NCBI GenBank assembly: GCA_963833425.1
Contig: CAWHXP010000009.1
Coordinates: forward strand, 64,001 to 128,000
Source of the DNA: an uncultured Methanosarcinaceae archaeon
GTDB lineage: Archaea > Halobacteriota > Methanosarcinia > Methanosarcinales > Methanosarcinaceae
Reading direction: 5' to 3'
Length of the DNA: 64,000 nucleotides
Positions 58,790 through 64,000 of the stretch are shown here, piece by piece. Position 1 is the stretch's first letter. Every line of letters begins with the position of its first letter. The notes under the pieces are model-generated. The model saw only the letters and a program-made list of their open reading frames with translations. It ran no database searches and was not told the DNA's origin. Position numbers and translations under genes: made by a program.

Positions 58790-59400
58790 TTTGGTCTGTT
58801 GACAAGACCTTACAGATTAATCAGTTCAAAAATCGAATCCAGACTACTTTTCGAAGTATATTAATTGCTCCACTAATATCAACATTAACTAACTACCTAC
58901 ATAACTTTTGTGCAACCCTCTTTTACTCTTCTTGATCTACCATATTCTTGTTTTTCAATAGGATCTAGTGCAAAGGACTTCACTTGACTTGTATATGCTA
59001 CACCTACAAGTTGATATTTAATAACATGAAATACACCTTAGCTTCCCAATTTATCTTTGAATATACCAAATATAATCTGTACAAAGTCTTGATTATTACG
59101 TCTAATTTGATCGATTCCTTGTTTAATTTCAGTTAATTATCAAATTAGAACATTACCTATATTATTTTCGAGACTGTGTTTAGCCAGATAGTTGACTATA
59201 CAGTAATGAATTTGGTAATTCTACTAAACCGTCCAGTCAACATACTTATTTGTCGGTTAGTTGCTTCTTTAATTCTCTGTAAATCTTTGACTCAGTAACC
59301 TAGCATTTTCTCTATTTATACAATTGGTTGAGAGATTTATATACTTGCCAACAAGATTGAAGTAATCCATAGGTATAGACATTACATCCCATTTCATCGA
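58790..59400 (-). pseudogene. tnpB: tnpB (IS200/IS605 accessory nuclease) remnant
   Basis: Minus-strand fragments AYTSQV, RVK.G and VNVDISGAINILRKV. Confidence 0.55.
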
Positions 59401-60483
59401 ATAGATTTCCGCAAATGTAAATTTTGTGAGTCAGCTTCCGGAGCAAAATAAAAAAATTACATATAATGATGAAAAAAACAGCAAACTAAATCCTCTGGAA
59501 ACGATTGATGTTTCAGAAACAAGAGAATTGAATAAAAAAATAATTCATAAGAAACTAATTCATGCAGTTACTAAAAGATATTCACAGTAGGAAAAGTTCT
59601 TGCTTATACTTTCAACTCAAAATAGTACCCTTTACCAACAATATAACTATTCTGATAATATCCGAAACAAATTTTTCCATAAAACGTCTGATATCTCATT
59701 TTATAAGCATAAATATTCGCATCCATCGTCCAGTTTTAGAGTACAAAGGTAGATTAAAATATAGATTCAGTGGTTGAGATCATTTATCTGAGAAGTTTCC
59801 TTCCAGAAGCAAGCTATGAGGTATTCGACTGAAATAAATTGCAACATCTGCAAGAATGTAGTTAATTCAACAATTTTAAATTATGCGAATCTAGTATTCA
59901 ACCATTTAGAGAGCACTATAAAATCAAGTTAAAGGGCTATTGCTTGGCTAACTAAATTACCTCAATACGCGAACAGATCATTTGTGGATATTCAGCTCGA
60001 TCTTTTTCATTCTAAGGTAAAGTAAAAAAACGTCATTTGCTCTTGATCCAATGAAAATTAGATAATTGCACTTTAGGAGCATGCTCGGTTTTGTCCTAAT
60101 GATATCTCCTTGATGACTAATGTTCGTAGAAGTTACCAAATTCAACCAGGAATTTTAAGAACTACTTCGTGTTCTGAAATAAACTCACAAACGCTTGAAT
60201 AAGCTTCAGACACACTTTTTTCATCCAATTTAGTGTTTTTTAGAATAGAGTTCATATTAACTATTTGTAATAAGAAATCATCGAACTTCTACATAATCTT
60301 TTATGGAATTCAGGCGATAAATTTCTACTATAGTTAGTTTTGAGAGTATCATCTCATCCAGGTAGAGTCTTAAAACGAAATTAACATCGAAAAAAATAAA
60401 AAAAGAAATTAATTTATGGTGATGCATGAGCATCGATTCATTTATTCTGGTTTCACGATATTGTTTGTTAATGATTGCGAGGT

Positions 60484-60918
60484 TTAACGTCCACGTCCGC
60501 CACGTCCGCCACGTCCGCCACGTCCGCCCCAGCCTCGACCGCCCCAGCCGCCGTAGCCGCCGTAGCCGCCCCAGCCGCCGTTGCCCCAGCCCCAGGAGGG
60601 CCAGCCACCGTAGACGCCATAGCCAAGACCGGCATAGCCAAGACCGCATGTACCTAGTCCAAGACCGCAAGCGTCAACGCCAACAACTGGATATCCGACG
60701 CCCCAGCCGCCCCAGCCGCCGTAGCCGCCCCAGCCGCCGTAGCCGCCCCAGCCGCCGTAGCCGCCCCAGCCGCCCCAGCCGCCTCGGCCGCCAAAGTGAC
60801 CGCCACGACCTCCGCCACGACCGCCTCTACTTCCATCAACAGCCACAGCTGCCAACGTTCCTACTACAAGAACTATAAGCAAAATAGCTAGTGCCTTTTT
60901 CATACTAATTTTTAACAT
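60484..60918 (-). CDS. Secreted glycine-rich low-complexity protein (RGG and GGY/GGW repeats)
   Basis: GGAGG RBS, Sec-type signal peptide MKKALAILLIVLVVGTLAAVA, and GC-rich 9/18-bp coding repeats. Confidence 0.8.
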   Translation of the reverse strand: MLKISMKKALAILLIVLVVGTLAAVAVDGSRGGRGGGRGGHFGGRGGWGGWGGYGGWGGYGGWGGYGGWGGWGVGYPVVGVDACGLGLGTCGLGYAGLGYGVYGGWPSWGWGNGGWGGYGGYGGWGGRGWGGRGGRGGRGGRGR

Positions 60919-61137
60919 ATTATTTTTCCTCCGTTATTTTTAATAATTTTTAATACGAATCAAATACATAAATTAATAATATATAAATCTTGTTATTAAA
61001 TACCTCTTATAAGCCAATAACAATGCTTTTTAAAGCATCTATGTGGATAGCATCGAAAACCCAGATAGCATCGAAAACCCAACTACTTTTGGTTGAATTA
61101 AGCAGTGTATCGGGATGCTAGCTTTATTGAGCTTTCA

Positions 61138-61404
61138 TTAATCCATGAATGCTTTTACAGCTTTCATTAATTTGTGGTGGTGATGCATTTTATGGTGGTG
61201 ATGCATTTTGTGGTGGTGATGCATCTTGTGGTGATGATGCCCGAATATTTTAATCTTCTCCTTTTGCAGGATTATAATAGCTGTTTTCTTTTCCTTAACC
61301 ACAACGGGTCCACAACTGTGTGCGCTTGCGGCGGCAGCTGTCACAGAAATTAAAAAACAAACTGCTAGCAGAATTCCAAGTGTCTTTCTCAATTGTTTTA
61401 ACAT
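61138..61404 (-). CDS. Secreted His-rich small protein with four HHHHK repeats
   Basis: GAGGT RBS; signal peptide ending AAASA; 18-bp repeats with synonymous variation. Confidence 0.8.
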   Translation of the reverse strand: MLKQLRKTLGILLAVCFLISVTAAAASAHSCGPVVVKEKKTAIIILQKEKIKIFGHHHHKMHHHHKMHHHHKMHHHHKLMKAVKAFMD

Positions 61405-62199
61405 CTTTTTACCTCATTTCATTAAAACTAAATGTTTTTACCCATATCTTATGTGAGATTAAATTCCGATTTTTTTAGCAATTGTTTAAGGGCCCTTTAC
61501 AGGGTTCCATAGTACCTAAAAGTACATCTTCTTCTTCATAGTACCTAAAAGTACTTCTTACAATTACAAGTGATTCTATTAAATGATTTGAATAAATATT
61601 TACTTGTAACAATTAGGGCAAATTGAATAAACAATTACTTAAAAAAATAGATTTATTTGGGCTATTAATTTTATAATAAAGCTTTCATAGCCCAATTAAG
61701 ACTTTTTTTGCACACTATAAAGCTTTTTATTAAACGAAGAAAAATTTGATAAACATCAATTTTCACAAGTTATATATAAACAGCTACAGAATTTACAGGA
61801 TTTTCAAAATACCTACAGGTGCTTCTGACAATTGCAAGTGATGAAAATAATTATCTTAAATAAAATAGTTAATTCTAAAAGTAGAAAAATTTAAATAAAT
61901 ATCAATTTTAAAAAATAAATTTATTTGAGCTTTTAATTTTATAATAAAGCTTTAATAACTGAATTAATACTTTTTTGAATATTATAGAGTACTTTTATTA
62001 AATTAAAGAGGATTTAAGTTACTTTTAATTTTTTTCTTAGATGGAATTCTGTCTAAATCTTTCTAGGAATATCTAAATTTGACTCTATTTTTCCTTTTAG
62101 GATTTATTATACCTTCATTTCAAAAAATAGCCCAAATTCTCCTTAATAAAGTTTCTTTTATTTTGAATGTAACCAAACGAAAAAGATCATGACAAAGAT

Positions 62200-63141
62200 C
62201 ATGACAAAAACCTGTACACAACAACTTCAGATTCACTCTTTGAATAGTATGAACGATAATTTTTTCTGCTTTTAATATCCTTTTAATTACTGCATGAAAT
62301 TATTTGCTCTGAAGAGTTGTTGAGCTATCTCCTTGTTTCTTAATGTGTCACTCTTTTCCAGAAAATACCCTTTTACTTCTTTTTTCATTGTCTTTTCATT
62401 AACGTTGTGATTTTGCTCCAAAGTACATTAACTCTCTGTAAACCACTTTATTTTTTCCAATAAATTTATCTGAAAATTATGAAGTGATGGAGTTGTTATT
62501 TTGAATCTTTTGATCAACTCGTAATCCTTGTCTGTTATGCTATGAAGTTCATATTCAAAGTGCGACTTGAATCCTTTTTTGTCAGGTTACAGCTATGCTT
62601 CTCCTTTTTTTGCTCCATTTTTTCGATCTCGATCCTTTTGCATTTCAAAGATTTGATTATTCTCCTTATTGCTTTCAAACCAAGGCAATAAAGTTGGCTT
62701 TGCAAATGTTCCCATATTTCTTCTTCTTTGTAGTTATCAATAACTTTTTTTCTAAATGATCAAACTATGGTGCTGCCTAGTATAACTCAAGAAAACCGAT
62801 ACATTTTTTGAAAGAAGTTAGATCGATACACTGTTCTTTAAGTTCAAAGAATGAAAGACCATGACATTGCCCTAAAACAAAAATTTTAAGCATAAAGACT
62901 ACATTAACTTCAGATCTGCTTTGGGACATTGTTTTGTTATAAAATATATGGACTCAAAAATGATACGAAAAAATTTTAAATAAATAATGAATCAATTTCA
63001 GCAATTTCATCTCCAACTAACTAAAGAAGTTTGTATTTTTCTTTAAGAATAAAGTCAGTAAGAGTCTTCATGAGTAAAAATTGATATTAAAAGATTGAAA
63101 TTCTCCAATACTCAAATGCATGGAGTTCATCGAAATTCTCT
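62200..63141 (-). mobile_element. Heavily decayed copy of the IS5 element at 48747-49869
   Basis: Shared start ATGAAGACTCTTACTGAC at 63071, shared TIR ATCGAAATTCTCT and shared internal AACGTTGTGATTTTGCTCCAAAG. Confidence 0.75.
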
Positions 63142-63174
63142 TAAATCACCCTCTATAGCAAACCCATTCAGGGT

Positions 63175-63498
63175 TTAATCTAACCTTTTATAAGGATACC
63201 TCATTTCCCTCCCACAATGCTGGCAGAAAATCACGATATATCCTTCATTCAGTCTGTAGCGAGCATTGTTCCCAGGCACAAGGAAAGTATAGCAATGTTT
63301 GCATATTCTGCTTTTGATTTCCCTTGGGATACTCATCCTGTTCCTCATAGAAATATTCCTGATGAGCTGTACGTAGCGCTCACTACGATCAGGATGCTCT
63401 GCATACTCCATTTTCGCAAGCTCAAAAAGTCGCCACATGCGCTGAGCTGCTATATCTTGAATTAAATTTTTCTGTTGTTTTCTTGACACTCTAGACAT
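63175..63498 (-). CDS. rnp4: Ribonuclease P protein component 4 (Rpp21)
   Basis: IAAQRMWRLF, ICKHC..FLVPG and CQHCG..MRYPY motifs. Confidence 0.93.
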   Translation of the reverse strand: MSRVSRKQQKNLIQDIAAQRMWRLFELAKMEYAEHPDRSERYVQLIRNISMRNRMSIPREIKSRICKHCYTFLVPGNNARYRLNEGYIVIFCQHCGREMRYPYKRLD

Positions 63499-63566
63499 AA
63501 GTAGATTGATCCTGCATTTAGCTCAGTATCACAATTAAACCCCTCAATTTCCCCAAAAACTATAAC

Positions 63567-64000
63567 TCAGGAATCAAGAATAACCACATTAATACCAGAG
63601 TTCTTGCCTTGTACAAAAGTTTTAAACTTTTCAGGATTTCCATTTAGACCCTCTAATCTTCCATAATGCATCGGAATCGCAACCTTTGGAGATATTACTG
63701 CGACTGCACTGGCAGCCTCTCCCTCGTCCATGGTATAAGTTCCCCCTATAGGTAAAAGAGCCACATCTGCCTTGATGCTCTTCATCTCAGGAAAAAAATC
63801 GCAATCTCCTGCGTGGTAAATTCGAGTTCTTCCAAGTTCCACTACATAACCTACTCCAAAACCTCGGGAATGGTAAGGTTTATTGAGATTATAGGCTGGA
63901 ACTACCTCAATCCGGATCCCTTTAATTTCAAGCCCTTCAGCAACGATATCTCCCTCAGCAACTCGCCTTGCATCACCCCTGAATTCCAGAGAACAGCTTT
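63567..64000 (-). CDS. MBL-fold metal-dependent hydrolase (5' end outside window)
   Basis: PAYN...YHPRG.GVGY, YHAGD, LPIGGTYTM and IPMHYG motifs; frame stays open to the window edge. Confidence 0.88.
   Translation of the reverse strand, partial: SCSLEFRGDARRVAEGDIVAEGLEIKGIRIEVVPAYNLNKPYHSRGFGVGYVVELGRTRIYHAGDCDFFPEMKSIKADVALLPIGGTYTMDEGEAASAVAVISPKVAIPMHYGRLEGLNGNPEKFKTFVQGKNSGINVVILDS

Noticed and set aside
60278..60878. Alternative-frame ORFs over the Gly-rich gene (Arg/Ser-rich, Ala-rich, WRT repeats)
   Set aside because: These are shadows of a GC-rich repeat; only 60484-60918 has an RBS and a signal peptide.
61046..61081. 18-bp tandem duplication GATAGCATCGAAAACCCA; also 12-bp doublets near 20853 and 62183
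   Set aside because: Only two copies each, consistent with ordinary slippage.

Overview
AT-rich, gene-sparse window from a methanogenic archaeon, most likely Methanosarcina. That assignment is inferred from the echABCDEF operon, gyrBA, cdc6, srp19, RNase P Rpp21, an intron-containing tRNA-Trp and the IS/MITE types. Left to right it holds: a low-GC accessory block next to the tRNA-Gln 3' end (PfkB kinase, Nudix hydrolase, B12-radical SAM, NTPase-TPR, membrane protein); cdc6 with an upstream oriC-like region; a K+ channel; a CxxC zinc finger; a DEAD-box helicase; SRP19; a broken GT2; gyrBA; nikR; ech; tRNA-Trp with a box C/D guide intron; a GH57/GH57/ACT-V4R/GH15 alpha-glucan operon; an aminotransferase; two secreted low-complexity proteins; rnp4; and an MBL hydrolase. 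Decayed IS elements and MITEs are scattered throughout. The most notable unannotated feature is a tandem array at ~15040-16470 downstream of cdc6. Each ~217-bp unit carries an RBS-preceded small ORF on the minus strand. Four copies encode the identical 28-aa peptide MTYLGFNFQSLKTKLDMTRARVIQSTCC, with only silent differences between them, and a diverged fifth copy encodes a different 25-aa peptide. Two amber (TAG) stops with in-frame continuation (gyrA tail; GH57-to-ACT/V4R junction) are candidate pyrrolysine read-through sites. All calls come from reading the sequence by eye; no database searches were run.
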